Shown piece by piece: positions 38,633 to 53,142 of a stretch of DNA of 64,000 nt. Source of the stretch: Carcharhinus longimanus (taxonomy: Eukaryota); the NCBI GenBank assembly GCA_030264375.1, contig JASCQW010000061.1:96309518-96373517 (forward strand). The letters run 5' to 3'. Position 1 is the first letter of the stretch. Each line of letters opens with the position of its first letter. The translations under genes were made by a program, and so were the position numbers. The notes below the pieces were generated by a model. The model was not told the DNA's origin, did not search any database, and was given only the letters and a program-made list of their open reading frames with translations.

Positions 38633-41600
38633 CTGCAGTTAAAGGAAGCAAAAGGCATGGGATTAGTAGTATATTCAGTAAGTGGTTGTAGATGACAGAG
38701 CTAAAGATTTTAAAAGTGAATCATTAGGAACGTTTAGGCTGCCCCTTTCCCCAGTTGCCAAATGAACTTACAGCTCAGCAACCCAACTTGTGATGGAAAG
38801 TACAAAATGACAAAGAAAAATTCTCTGTCATACATTGTATCTCGCCATCATATTCCAGTCACAATAAAACAGAGACATATTGCAGTGGCTGCAGGTTCAG
38901 TTGGAAGGAATTGTGTAGCACCTTATTTATGTCGGGTAATCTGTTACAGACCCCTATCATTTTGACTTTTCTGATGTGAAAAGGATCTTGTACACACAAG
39001 GATTTGCAGCACAGTTTCTGATGTTTAGCTGTTGGTCTGACTTCAGCCTAACAGTTCACCCATTAGTAAACTATAGATTTACTCTAGGGTGACACAAGGT
39101 GAAAATATTACACGTTACCAATACTGAACGATACTTACAGACGTACATATAATACTTGTAATGCTATTTTCCAATGACTTTAAAAAACTTGTTTAAGATG
39201 TGAGCAATTTATGTTGCTCCCTCTCCATGACCTCTGATTCACAGCTTAAAAAATTGTGCTCTGCTTCCCTGATTGTTGTTCAATATTTGTTCAAGATGCA
39301 AGTATTTTTAAAATCTTCCTTCCTTCCTTCCAAAAGTGTCTTATTTATACGATCATGAGAATTCCCCTCCCACACACACACTTACTTCCCACAGCTATGT
39401 AGTCCCTGTATAAGAAATTACAGGCTTGGCAACCCAAAATAGTGATCCCCAACTGTTGGGTTCCAACCCAATGTCACGTAAGTGAGTGATTATTCATCAC
39501 AATCCAAGCCTAGCTGATTGATGCTGGCTGAAGTTTGCAAGATCAGCATCAAAGCACTTCATTAACATCACCTCTCTGTCCCTGGTGCAAACATCCATAC
39601 ATGTCCGAAACAAAGTAAGACACATCCCAAAGAAAAATCCATCATCTTCAAATGTTTTAACTTATTGATCCAAGACATTGAAAAAAGTTAAGTTTTCATT
39701 TTTGATTATTTTCTCATGCATCACATTGTCATTTTTTAAAAAAATGGATGGAATAGCACTCTCTGGGTGTGACAGTTCTGCAACAACAGGATGAAAGCTG
39801 GAATTCCCAGGGTGAATCTTTGTCTCCCACACAAGTACAATTTCCCCTGTTGCCCCCTCGAGTATCTGGGCAACTCTCTAATACACAATATGTAGGAACA
39901 ACTTCGAGCCTTACTTCCCACACAACGTGGACCCAAGTGAAGCTTTCAGAAGCAGGAAATGAGGTGGCTGGGGACACTTAATTGTGTTGGGGGGGGGTGG
40001 GGGGTCAAATGTCAGCTTCTTAATGGTGGGATGGAAGATGGGGCATGAAGTTAGAAGCAGATTAAATCCCAGAACACGGCTACCAAACAGCAAGTGACAG
40101 GAACCTATTTGTAATGTGTTAGCATGTCAGGCATACACATTAAAACACAGTCTCCAGATTAAATTGCATCTTTGCAAGTTGAATCTACTATCGCAAACAT
40201 GTGCCTTCAGATTTCAACTAGTTAACGGTGATGGGCAGCAGGCAAAAAAGTCTTCCTAATAGATTTGAAGTTCATCAAAGCCACATTTCTAATTTTGTTG
40301 GGCCAGGGGAGAGGAGGCAGAGCTCAGGTAATGTTGTCCAGGGAAGTCAGGGGATGACTGCCTGTGTCAGGGACAGTGGTGGCTATCCAGGGAGATCAGG
40401 GTGTGGCTGTCAGTGGCAAGGAGGGTGAGGTCACAGCAACTTAAGGGGGATCATGGGGGACAGAGGGAGGTATCTGGAGGATAAAGGGAAGGTAATCTGT
40501 GGCCAAGACAGCTCAAGTATGATAGAGTGAGATCAAGGTGATGGAGTTGAGGTTGGGTGAGGACAGGTGAAGGGTAGAGAGAGGGCCTGGATACTGGGAA
40601 CAGCTTAATGTTGATAGTGGGGGCCAGCTTTAGGTTGATCAAGAGTGATCGAGGGTCATGGAAGGCAGTGCCTGGGTGATATGGGAGGTTGCAGGGTGAT
40701 GCCATACTGCTCCAGGGATCCAAAGGTGCCAGGTGGGGAGGGGTTCAATTCTAATTCTTCCTCTCAGACTGGCAGAACAATGCTGTTGGCTTTACAGAGA
40801 GTGGATGCCTGTCCGAGTGCTCTTCAATCATAGCGCCCGTACCTTTGACCCCTGAGGTAAAAGCGGTGTTAGTGTTTTCCGGCCCCACCACACAATTGGC
40901 TGTGCCCCTGGAATGTACATTGCTAATTGGCTGGTCACTGCATGTGACCAGCTGACTGGCCTGAGTCCCCTTCTTTTCAGGAATACTCAACATTGGAAAA
41001 AGGTTCTGCCAACATCAGCGGAGGTGGCCTGTGTGTCAGGGAGAAAGCTCCTTTCAGCTAGGATTAACATTAAATGACTAACTTTGTGCACATGCTTATT
41101 GACCATTACAGAATTTAGTAACTTCCTTCAGCTCATGCCAGAAGTATAATTTTTAATGCCACTTTTGGATCGAATTGACTAAACAAAGAGGTTATTTCAC
41201 TGATTCCATGGGTTGGTTTGGGGGATCCTTGCTGATCCCATTATTTTCAGGCTCTACCACCCTGTTGTCATCCAACCATGCCAGTGAAAAGCTGCCCCAA
41301 AGAGCAGATTCCCCTCCTCCCTTCCCCAAAGCTGTACGGTCATGTCATTATTACAAGCCATACACATCCTGATGGTTAACTGAGGTTTCCTGACACTCTG
41401 ACCCATAAATAAAGAACTGGTAGACTCCTCCATGAGAGGAGAGTAAGAAATGAGAGCCACGCCTGACCTGATTAACTGGGTGGAATTGACAGGTGAGAGT
41501 TATTCACGTCACTTCCTGGAGTCCAAAGCTGTCACTCAGAGTTTGTATTTCCTGAGGCTTGCTCATCAATCCCTCCACTCGCTGCTTCCCTCACACTCAT

Positions 41601-44204
41601 CACTTCCCTCCCGTTTGCCGGTCATCCCTTTTGCTGCTTCCCTCCCCAACCCTCTCGCTCACTATCTCTGTCTCTGATTTGCTGCTTCCCTTTCCACTTG
41701 CTCATTCTTTTTCTGGCCCTTCCGCTTGCCGCCACTCACGTGTTCGCCACTTCTCTTCCTGAGCCCTTGTTCACATCGACGGTTGGGGAGAAGGGATCAG
41801 CAAGCAGATAGGAGGTGGCAAGTGGGAGGGTCAGGGAGGGAGACAGCGAGCAAGAAGGAAGCAGCAAGCAGAAGGAGGGCTGTGAGCAGGAGGGTCAGGG
41901 AGGGAGACAGCGAACAGGAGAGTCGGAGAGAGAAATGACAAGTTGAGAGATGCAGCGATCTAGGGGTGGGAAGCAGTGATCAGGAAGCTGAGTGAAATAT
42001 TTAATAAGTTAAGGGTTAACCAAGTAAAGAGATACATTATTAAAAGTTAGCAAGAGGATTTTTATGGCCAATTTATACCACTGATCTGACCATTTTGCTC
42101 TTGTCGGTTTTGCTGAATTATTAAAGGAAGATTATTCCAAAGACATTCAACACATTTGAAAAAGGCATTTCTGTGAAATGTTTTAGATTCCTAGCCCAGA
42201 TCTCCAAATATCGATGGAAAACTTTGTGTGAGACTTTCGAATCTGTGTAGACTTCCAAATACTATCTCTCCCCAATTTACTTTTCTAAGCACTGTGAGAA
42301 ATATCATTTTAAAAATAGCGACCCATTTTATTCATTCAAATTTCATTGATTTTTCATCTAAAAAAACTGTAGGTGGAATAAATGCCACTACTTCCCCAAA
42401 AATTACCTAGACAGGTAATCTCTCACCTTAAGACCAGTCAGCATGACATTGGCCATCTTAATTTCTCTGCTTCCCTTACCCCTTACTCCGTTCTGTGACG
42501 TTGTTATTGAGCCTGCTGACAAGCACAGGGCTTGTTGTCTGGCTTACCAACCTCCATCTTGCAGCGACAGAGTGCCAAATCTCAGACGCTTCTCCCTACC
42601 TTCCCCTGGAATTTACTAAGAGTTCTAGGATACTGACTGGTGTAGACCAATACAGCATAGTTCTCTAAAGACATTTTCTGTTATCTTGGGTAAGATTAAA
42701 GTTGCAATAGTCCCAGATGACCATAGGCTGCTCTCCTCTTTGAGTGAGGAGAGCTGACTGGTCGTGATTTAACCTGAGAGTCACCACACCTCAGGTATGG
42801 GGCAAAGTTGAGAAGGCAATACCTTCATGAATAACCTCTGCCGCACTGCTGACATCACTCTACATCACTAACCAAGTGTCCAGCCAACTGAGCTAAACCN
42901 NNNNNNNNNNNNNNNNNNNNNNNNNNNNNNNNNNNNNNNNNNNNNNNNNNNNNNNNNNNNNNNNNNNNNNNNNNNNNNNNNNNNNNNNNNNNNNNNNNNA
43001 GGGTAATATCATGCTCAATATGTTTCAAGAATACTTCTTTGGCCGTGAAGTGCTTTGATGCATCCTGAGGTTGGGAAAGGTGCTACATAAATGCAAGGTT
43101 ACTTTCATGATGGCTGCAGCTAACACATCAAACCTCATGATGGCTGTAATACCGTGACTAGTTGTTTCCTTCCATCTAACCATACTATAAATTAATCTCT
43201 TTACCTATTGGGAGTCCCTGTGCCTTGCATCATCCATAATCAAAAAGGTGAGAGACTGCTTACTCCTCCATGATCAACACTTAGACATTTCACAAACATG
43301 GTATGAAGTCAAACATGTGCTTAATAACCAATACAGGTATATAGTACTTTGAGGATGCCTTGTTGCAAATAAGGTGGGGGTACATCTGCTTCACTGTTCT
43401 AATCCAGATCAAAGCACCACAGCAGCAGGGTATCACTTGTGTTTTGTATGGGCTGACCTTCCATTGAGGGAACTGGATGGGGTAGGCAGGTTGACTTCTC
43501 AATGGCCTGCTTCCCCACACTATACATGTCTTTGGATGGAGCTGTACAATTGAGGATGAATCCTCTACATCCACAATTTTTGATTGGTTTTGATCTTGCT
43601 GCAAGATTGTGTCTTGGATAGGAGTTTGCTTAGATTTCTGCCAGTCTCAGTTGCACACAAAGCAAGCCTTGGGAACTGGTCATTGGGTCTAATCTGGATC
43701 CAACATTCCTATTGTTAGAAGTCAGCTACTAAAAATGGAAATAACAACAGATGTAGAGAAATGTGGAGACTGTTTCAAGGGATGTGGAGTGTTGCTAACT
43801 CAAGACCCTGAATCTCTTGTGATACTGCTCAAATAGCAGGGGAGCATGTTCATTTAAAGATTATTTTTAAATAAACTCTCCTGTCAATTTTTTCTTGGGG
43901 CAAGAAAAGGAAAACCCGCATTTATAAAGTGCATATCACAACTCCAGATATTCCAAAGTGCTTTACTAGTTATGAAATACTTTTTTCAAAAGTGGTCTTG
44001 GTTGTAAAGTAGGAAACACTGCAGCTGGTTTGTACATTGCAAGATCCCAATGTGAAAATAACCGGATAATCTGCTATGATTATGTTGGCTGAAGGATAAA
44101 CATTGATGCCTATGGCAATAATCCCCTGCTCTTTGTCTAATAAAGTTATGGGATTTTTTTGCTTCCAACTGAATTGTCATTGAATATTTTTAAGATGGAG
44201 GTAC

Positions 44205-46890
44205 AAGACCACAAGAAATAGAAGCAGGAGTGGACCATCAGGCCTTTCAAGCCTACCCAATCATTCAATACGATCATGGCTGATTGATGCTGGCCTCAGC
44301 TCTTTTTCTGCACTATTTCTACACTGCCCCCGATTCCCTGATATATCAAATATTTATCCACTTCACTTTGAATACTTCTAATGATCCAGGCTCCACTACC
44401 CTTTGGGGCAGTGATTTCCAGAAATTCACCATCTCCTGTGAGAAGAAATTTCTACTCACCTCAGTTTTATATGATTTGCCCTTTATCTTGTAGCTATGTC
44501 CTCTTGTTCGAGACTCTGCCACTAGTGAAAACATCTCACCGTCCACCCTGTCAAGTCCCCTCGGGAACTTGTATGTTTGAATAACCCCTCACTCTTCTGA
44601 ACTCCAAGGGATACAGACCCAGACTATTTAGTCTCCCTTGATGGGACAACCCTCTCATCCCAGGAATTAGCCTGGTTAATTTCTTTTGGATTGCCTCCAA
44701 TGTTACTATGTTCTTTTTTGGGTCAGGGGATTAAACTGTATATAGTATTCCAGGTGAGACCTTACAAACATCCTATAAAATTGAAATGAAACCTCCCTAT
44801 TTTTAAACTTCAACCACTTTACAATAAAGGCCAAAATGTAGTTTGCCTTCTGAATTACTTGTTGGATTTGTCTGCTAGCTTTTTGTGATTCATGCACCTC
44901 TGTACTTCACTCACCTGCAGTCTCTCTCCATCTAGATAATAATCTGTCTTTTGATTCTTCCTACAGAGTGCATGACTTCAACTTCCCCACATTAAACTCC
45001 ATTTGTCAGGTTTTTGCTCAGTCACCCAATCGATCTATATTCCAATGTCCTCATCACAACATGCTCCTCCATCTATCTTTGTATCATCAGCAAATTTGAA
45101 AACCTTACACTCTGTTCCTTTCTCCAGGACATTAATGTAAATAGTAAACAATTGCAAGCCAAAAGCTGTGGTACTCCACTAGTTACATCTTTCCACTCTG
45201 AAAAGGACCAATTTATTTCAACTCTCTGTTTTCTATGCGACAGCCAGTTTCAGTCCGTGCGAATACACTTTCCCCAATTCTATGGGCATTTACTTTATGC
45301 ACTAGCCTCTTATGCAGAATCTTGTCAAATGCCTTTTGGAAATCTAAATACACTGCATCTACAGATTCCCCTCTATCTACTCACCCTGTTACATCAGAAG
45401 ACAGAAGATAGGAACAGGTGGAGGCCATTTTGGCCTCAAAGAATTTGAGCAAATTTGTCAAACATGATTTACCTTTCCTAAAACCCATGATTCTAAGGAG
45501 AATCCCACTCATGAAAGATTTGGAGTGAGGCGACTTTAAGCAATTGGTTAAAGAAAAGCAATGAGGCGAATTTAAAAAAGGGCAGCACGGTGGCACAGTA
45601 GTTTGCATTGTTGCCTCACAGCATCAAGGACCCGGGTTCAATTCCAACCTTGGGTCACTGTGTATGTGGAGTTTGCAGATTCTCCCCATGTCTGTGTGGG
45701 CTTCCTCTGGCTGCTCCAGTTTCTTCCCACAGTCCAAAGATGTGTGGGTTAGGTTGACTGACCATGCTAAATTAACCCTGTGTCAGGTGATTAACAGGGT
45801 AAATATGTGGGGTTACGGGAATAGGGTCTGGGTAGGATTGTGATTGGTGCAGACTCGATGAGCCGAATGGCCTCCTTCCGCACTGTAGGATTCTATGATT
45901 CTTAAGGAGAAAACTAAGTTGATTAGTTTTGATTATACTCAGCTTTCCTAAATGATTAGCTATTTCCTCTTTAATTATTACTCCAGCATCTTGCCAATAA
46001 TAGATGTTAAACTAACTATAGCTCCCTGCCTTTGCCATTCGCTTTTTTTGAACAAGGGCATCACACTGGCTGTTTTCAATTTCTGGTACCCTGCTGGAAT
46101 TTACCAAGTTACGAAAAATTTCAACCAATGGGTCCACTATCTCTACAGCCACTTCCATTAAAACCCTAGTATGCAGTTCATTGGGTCCTGGTGACTTGTT
46201 TGCTCTAAGCACATTGGGTTTCTCTAATAGTCTATCCGTGTAATTGGGTAAGTTCAACCATGTTATTTGAAAGAAGCCCATTTGATAACGACGAAGATTG
46301 GTGCAAAAAATTTATTTAGCATAGCCGCCATTTCTTTGTTTGCTATTATCAATTCACCAGCCTCATTCAGTCGAGGTCCCAGATTTACCTTAGCCGTCCA
46401 CTTCCTATTTATATGTCCATAGAAACTGTTCCTGTTTGTTTTAATGCTGCATGCAAGTTTTCTCTCAAAATCCATTTTCTCCCTTTTTATGAGCTTTTTA
46501 GTCTTTGCTGCTGGAGCCTATAAACTTTTCAGTCCTCTGGTCCATCACTATCCCTTGCCACTTTGTATATCCTGCTTTTCAATTTAAGATTATCCTTGAC
46601 CTCCTTTGTTAACCATGGATCTTGCCTCTTTCTCGTGGAATCCCTCTTTTTGATTGGGATAAAGTCCCGCTAAGCATTTTGGACCAGCTGTTTGAATATC
46701 TGCCACTGCCCATCTGCTGACTTGTATCTTACCTTGTTTACCCAGTTCACCTTAGACAACTCCTCCCTCCCATTATAATTGCCCTTATTTAAGTTGAAGA
46801 CACTGGTTAAGGACCTATGGCATTCACCCTCAAACTCTATCTGGGATTCTATCATATTGTGGCCACTACCCCCAAGGGATCCTTAGGACA
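44205..46890 (-). mobile_element. Long degenerate CR1 LINE with nested SINE
   Basis: NKSPGPNELHTRVLME, GFRKGKSCLTNLLKFFE, VRSHLEYYIQF and RNFFSQEMVNFW remnants in collinear order. Confidence 0.9.
45581..45900 (+). mobile_element. HE1-type SINE, full length, nested in CR1
   Basis: ggcagcacggtggcacagtagt head to ggattctatgatt tail. Confidence 0.88.
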
Positions 46891-47077
46891 GATTGATTAA
46901 GATAGATTGATTCCTTGCCTAACAAGAATCTAAGGTTATAAAGGGTAGATGGGAATATGGAATCTGAATTACAACAGATTGGTCAAGATCTTAAGGAGTA
47001 GGCTCGAGCAGTCCAATGACCTTCTTCTGCTTCTATTTTGTATCATATACTTAAATATTTGCGAGTAACTGCAGAGT

Positions 47078-47395
47078 GAAATCACAGAATCCCTACAGTG
47101 CAGAAGGAGGCCATTCAGCCCATCAAGACTGCACTGACCACAATCCGACCCAGGTCCTATCCCCATAACCCCACGCATTTACCCTTGCTAGTCCCCGACA
47201 GTAAGGGGCAATTTAGAATGGCCAATCCACCTAACCTGCACATCTTTGGGCCTGTGGGAGGGAACCGGGGCACCCAAAGAAAACCCATGTAGACATGGGG
47301 AGAATGTGCAAACTCCATACAGAGAGTGACCCAAGGCCAGAACTGAACCCGGGTCCCTGGCTCTGTGATGCAGCAGTGCTAACCACTGTGCCGCC
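47078..47395 (-). mobile_element. HE1-type SINE, full length
   Basis: Matches the consensus of the other copies. Confidence 0.88.
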
Positions 47396-48174
47396 CCCAA
47401 ATTTTAACTGTTGCTAGAACGACACACTTAATGCATGAAGGAATAATTGTTTTGGGAAGAAAAAGAATAAATAATTACATTCTATTACAATTCCTGGTAT
47501 ATAGAAGATTTTCAGTTTTTGACTATGCAAATAAATTCTCTCAGAATAACCAAATTGATGCAATTTTGAGCATCTTTGGGTCAATTTCCCTACTGCACCC
47601 AAAATGGAAACTCCAAACCACAAGGTCTAAAGCCCCTGCTTGTTGGGAAGACAGTGCATCACTAAAACAAAATGCAATGGAGACTCTACAGCACTGTAGT
47701 GACAGTAGCTGGATTCAGCAACTGATGCTGATGTCATTATAAATCATATGGGAGCAACGTGACTGCTTCAGCTATTGGCGATGGTTGCGATGTCTGTTGC
47801 GCAAGTCAATTACTCAACTGACTATGAAAGGTGAACACCCAAGGAAGGTAAGCTTAAGAGGGCAGTAGTTCCTAGAATGTGAAAAAACAGAACAATTTAT
47901 CAGAGTATTTCTAGGAGTTCCTTCTGAAAATCTAATTTCTCATAGTAGTACACAATACTAAGCTGTGCAATCTCAGATTCAATCTTCAGTCTGTATACCA
48001 AGTTTGGAAATTTGAATAATTTGGGGCGGAGATATTAAATTTGACTGAGGCGAGGTGAAGTCAGACAGAATACCGCCTCCAGCTACCCAATGAGGTCTGC
48101 TCTGAAAAATGTGATCATTTGGGCTAAAACCAGAAATGGCTAGACATGTGGCAAAATTCCCAATAATTGTTAGC

Positions 48175-49705
48175 CAGCAATGGATGATTCATCTCAGTCT
48201 GCTCCAGAAGTCCCCAGCATCACGGATCCCTATCTTCATCAAATTCAATTCACTCCAGGTGAAACCAAGAAACAGCTGAAGGCACTGGATACTGCAAAGT
48301 CAATGAGTCCTGACAATATTCTGGCAATGGTAGTGAAGACTTGTGCTCCAGAACATGCTGCACCCCTAACTAAGCTGTTCCAGTACAGCTATAACACATC
48401 TACCCGGCAATGTGGAAAATTGCCCAGATTGCCCAAGAAACAGGACAAATCCTCTCAAATATCAGCAAAGTGATGCAAGAGGTCATCAACAGTGCTATCA
48501 AGCAGCTCTTACTGTTCACTGATGGTCAGTTTGAGTCCACCAAGGCCAAAAGCTCCTGACCCCATTACAGCCTCGGTTAAAACATGAACCAAAGAGATGA
48601 ATGTCAGAGGTGAGGTGAGATTGACTGCCCTTGACATCAAGGCAACATTTGGCTAAGCATGGCATCAAGGAGCCTTGGCAAAACTGGTGTCAATGGGAAT
48701 TGGGGAAAACTCTCAGCTAGTTGGATCACACCTGGCACAAAGGAAGTTGGTCGTAGTGGTTGGATGTCAATTATTTCAGCTCCAGAACTCCACTGTAGGT
48801 GTGTTCTAGGCCCAACCATCTTCCACTGTTTCATCAATGACCTTCCTTCCAAGTAACTGCACAATATTCAGTGCTATTTGTGACTCCTCAGATACTGAAG
48901 CAGTCCGTGTCCAAACACAGTAGGATCTGGAAAATATCCAGGCTGAAAAGTGGTAAGTAACATTTGTGCCACATACATGCCTGGCAATGACAATCTCCAA
49001 AGAGAAGATCTAACAATCACCCCTTGACATTCAAAATCATTACTATTGCTGAATCCCCCATCAACATCCGAGGGGTTACCACTGACAATAAACTGAACTC
49101 GACTAGTCATATAAATACTGTGGTTACCACAGCAGGTCAGAGGGTAGGAATCCTGTTGCAAGTAACTCACCTCCTGACACCACAAGCCTGTCCAATCTCT
49201 TCAAGACACAAGTTAGGCGTGTAATAGAACTCTACTTGCCAGGATGAGTGCAGCTCCAACAATGCTCAAAAGGCTTGATACAATCCAGTATAGAGCAGCC
49301 TACTTGACTGCTCCCCCTTCCACAAACATTCACTCCCTCCACTACCAATGGACAATGCCAGCAGTGTGTACCATTTACAAGATGCACTGCAGGAGCTTAC
49401 CAAGGCTCCTTAGGCAACATCTTCCAAACCCACGACTGCTATCATCTAGAAGGACAAGAGCAGCTGATACCTGGGAACATCACCATCTGGAGGTTCGCCT
49501 CTAAAGCACTCACCATCCTGACTTTGAAATATATTGCTGTCCCTTCATGTCACTGGCTTAAAATCCTGGAGCTCTCTTCTTAACAGCACCTACACCACAT
49601 GGGCTGCAACAGCTCAAGAAGGCTACTCATAACAACATTTTCAAGATGTATATAAGGATGGGAAATAAATTCTGGTCTAGCGAGCATTGCCCGCATTCCC
49701 TAAAT
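48175..49705 (+). mobile_element. Second LINE family (CR1/L2 group), long fragment
   Basis: LDTAKSMSPDNI, LGPTIFHCFINDLPS and AAPTMLKRLDTIQ remnants. Tail ggatgggaaataaat. Confidence 0.85.
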
Positions 49706-49724
49706 TAATTCTAAAAAATTAAAA

Positions 49725-49890
49725 ATCTGTGGAGAGAGAAACAGTTAACATTTTGGGTCCAATGTGACTTGTCTTCAGTTCTGAAGAAGAGTCACATTGG
49801 ACTCAAAACATTAACTGTTTCTCTCTCCACAGATGCTGCCAGTCCTGCTGAATTTACACCAATTGCTGTTTTTAGTTCAGATTTCCAGTT
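49725..49890 (+). mobile_element. Second Penelope-like fold-back terminus with a decayed hammerhead motif
   Basis: Inverted arms 49725-49778 and 49781-49834. AGTT-CTGAAGA-A-GAGTC..GACTC-AAAA-CA-TT-AACT is followed by the ctctctccacagatgctgcc tail. Confidence 0.7.
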
Positions 49891-50659
49891 TCTATACAAG
49901 TTTGCTTTAATTTTAGCAATTGCATGGGAAGTAGTTAAGGTCAGATTCAGACTCAGCTGTGAGCAGTCCTGTTGAGAGTCAATTATTGTCTTCATGCATG
50001 AAATTGGAAGGGGAGGTTCCACAGCTGTGGAAACTGCACCCTAGTAAAAGTCAGAACTTCTAGAGCAGGACGCGTGTAAACGAAGGAGGTGGAGGTTGAA
50101 GAGAGGGAACAGAAACCAAAATAAAGGTTTTAGTACAATGTAGCAGCTGCTTCATACTTCCCCATGGCCTTTCCTCAAACTATCAAAAACCATTAACTCA
50201 CTTCCATTCCCCCTGTGCAACAACTCTGGCTTTAATTCCAATCTCAGTTAAACACACTTTTCATCAACTGTGTACAAAACAGTTAAGACAAATAAAACTT
50301 TGCTGAGGGTAATGCTAGCAGATTTAGTTACGCTCGAGGAATTAGAAACACACCACACTTTTAACAGCATAGTAAGAATGGTCAGGTTAATTGTGTCCCA
50401 AGGTAGACTGCATTTAAACAAAAAGATTCTGTCTAGTGGTGATCCATGACTTTGTGAACATACCTTCAAGGGGAATTTGAGCTCATTTAAAAAAAAATCA
50501 TCAGCTGCAAAGGCTTACTCAGAAGCCACTCATCCGCAGTGCCCCAACCCCCCAATCCTGCAATCTATTGCAGCTCTATTGTGGAGAAACCCATCTCATT
50601 ACATTGCAATTTTTTTCACCCTACCTAAGTAATGACACTTTCTCTTCCTGGTCACATGC

Positions 50660-51175
50660 TGATTCCATTGCAAGTGGAGGGGACACAATACCTGCCCTTC
50701 TACCCCCTCCCTTCTCACCATGAAGCTGAGCATAAGCACCTCATGTTACAACTTATCGCACCATCGCTACTGGACTTATCATGGAGTTGAACTCTGTTAT
50801 AAGTCAGTGCCCCGCCTCCATTTTGTTTATTTCATTGCTGATTCTATTTTTTTCTCTGGTTACTTTCTTTATTCCTTTCCTTCGCATTTGGACAGCTGCT
50901 ACCCAGCCATTCACACCTCATCCAGGCACATCTTTTGTTTCTTTATTCACTACCATTCCATTTGGCTTTTGTACCACAAAATCTTTTGTCATTTAATCTT
51001 TATGTCCAATCACAGGCCTTCCTTTTACTATTTCTTCTCCGCCCTCACCCCTTTCACTTACTCAAAACCTGTTCTAGTTCCATTTTTCCTTGGTTGTGAT
51101 GAAAGGTCATTAACTCTGTCTATCTCCTCAGATGCTGCCTGACCTGCAGAGTGTTTCCAACATTATTTTTGATTT
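50660..51175 (+). mobile_element. Internally deleted Penelope-like remnant
   Basis: Degenerate Cys-linker and HL.F.L...GL..E-like coding remnant, T-rich 3' region, and terminal ttaactctgtctatctcctcagatgctgcctgacctgc related to the 49781 motif. Confidence 0.55.
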
Positions 51176-52774
51176 AATTGGCAATGGGTTTTGCAGTCAA
51201 GGAGCTTTGAGATGGGATGCACCATGCAATGAAATATAATTTCACATCCATTACTTGTATCAATGATTTCCACCATTTTTTAATGGCCATAATTTTTCAA
51301 AAGTCACCCTACATGCAAGAAGGTAATCATACTGAGAACGAAACCAAAAGGAATGTTGCATTAGGCACACTTAAAGAGATATTTTAAATGCATAAGGCAG
51401 AAAGGAAGAGAAGAATATGTTGATATAGTGAGGTAATGTAAAGAGCGGGAGAAGGCTCAAGTGGAAAATAAACACTGGCCAAGTGGTCTGTTTCTCTGCT
51501 GAATAACTCAAGGCAACGTTTAGTAGAACCCTCAATGGTGGAATACAGAACTTTAACAATCCAAAGGGTGGGGGGGAGGGGGGAGTTCAGGCTTATTATC
51601 TGTTTCATATGGAGTAAATTAATCCAACAATCACATCACAGGTATTCGTCAAATGAGGGAAAGGACAACAAAAAGATGAAGACTGAAGAAGCAGAAATAT
51701 TCACCCTACCTCCTTTTATTCTTTCATGGGCTTCACTGGCAGGCTGAACATTTCAGAGGACAGTTAAGAGTCAATCATATTGCCATGTAGGCCACACAGG
51801 GCAAGGATGGCAGATTCCCTTCTTTAAAAGGACACTAGTGAACCAGACAGGTCCTCAGAACAGTGATCACCATCACCAAAGCAAGCTTTATATTCCAGAT
51901 TTATTAACTGAATTTAAATTCAATGTCATGGTGGCACTTGAACCTGTGTCCTCAGAGGCCTGGGCCTCTCAATTACTATTCCAATGACATTACCTCTGTT
52001 CCACCAGCTTTCCTTTCATGATCACAGGGCATCCCAAAGCATTTTGCAGCCAATTGATTCCAAGAACCAAAGAACCTCTACAGTACAAAAGGGGGCCATT
52101 CAACCCATCGAGTTTGCATCAATTCTCTAACAGGGCATTGGTTAGGCAGGGAGCTGGCTAGCAACAGGTATGCTTCTGTCAGGGATGGTGGGAAGAGGTT
52201 GACCAATGTCTCAGCTTGAAGAAAGGTGGGAATGGGGAAGGTCAATCTGGTGGGCAGCCAATGCAGGGCTGGGGGGTAGGTTGGAGGGTGGGGGTGTGGC
52301 TCAGTGAAGGGGAGGTCAATGGCCTGGTGATGTGGATAAAATGGCAGGCCTGAGAAAAGAGGTTCTGGAAGTCACCCGAACGTGGAGATTTCTCTGGAAG
52401 ACAACTGGATTCTGGAGGTAGTAGTGAAGACATTTAACTCCTGAATGTACCATGACCATGCCAGTGCCTGGGCAAGCTGGCTGACAGTTGGAAACCTGCA
52501 CGATAATGAGGCTCACAGCTTCCTTGCAGGAGATTAGCTGCCCACTTAACTTCTGGCTTCAGTTAAAACTGGAAATGGACAGATTGGAGGCAGGTTTAGG
52601 TCACAAAAGAAATTTCATGCACTTTAATCCCCCACTGATATAAACTCAGGTTCTTTTTAGGTTAAAATTCAGCCTATTGGAACAGGAGTAGACTACTCAA
52701 TCCCTCGAACCAGTTCCGACAATTATTAGATCATTGTTGATCTGTGCCTGGACCTCATTCAGGCTGAGGTTCAG

Positions 52775-53142
52775 TGGCTAGCAGCACTCTCACTCACGAG
52801 CCATGAGATTGTGATTTCATGTCCCATTCCAGGACTTAAGTACAAATCTCAAGTCTGACAACTCCAGCGGTGCGCTGAGGGAACACTGTGCTGTCAGAGA
52901 TACCTCTCCTGGTTGGAGGTCCTGATTGTTATCTCAGATGGACGTAAAAGATCCCATGGAACTATTTTACAGAAGCATAGGGAAGTTACCCCTGGTGTTT
53001 TTGATCAATATTTGTCCATCAGTCAACATCATAAAAATATCATTTGGCCATTACTGAATCACTGCAGATGGGAGCTTGCTATCCACAAATTGGCTGCCAC
53101 ATTTCCCGCGATATAACAGCGAGGAGACTTCAAAATTCATTC
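52775..53142 (+). mobile_element. Deu-domain SINE (SacSINE1/AmnSINE1-like)
   Basis: ctcagatggacgtaaaagatcccatgg...gggagcttgct..caaattggctgccacatttcc, recognised as the Deu domain. More decayed copies occur at about 12340-12650 (+) and 3250-3480, 7090-7400, 35840-36350, 43915-44170 (-). Confidence 0.7.

Noticed and set aside
45581-45660. tRNA genes
   Set aside because: The tRNA-like A/B boxes here and elsewhere are SINE heads that continue into SINE cores.
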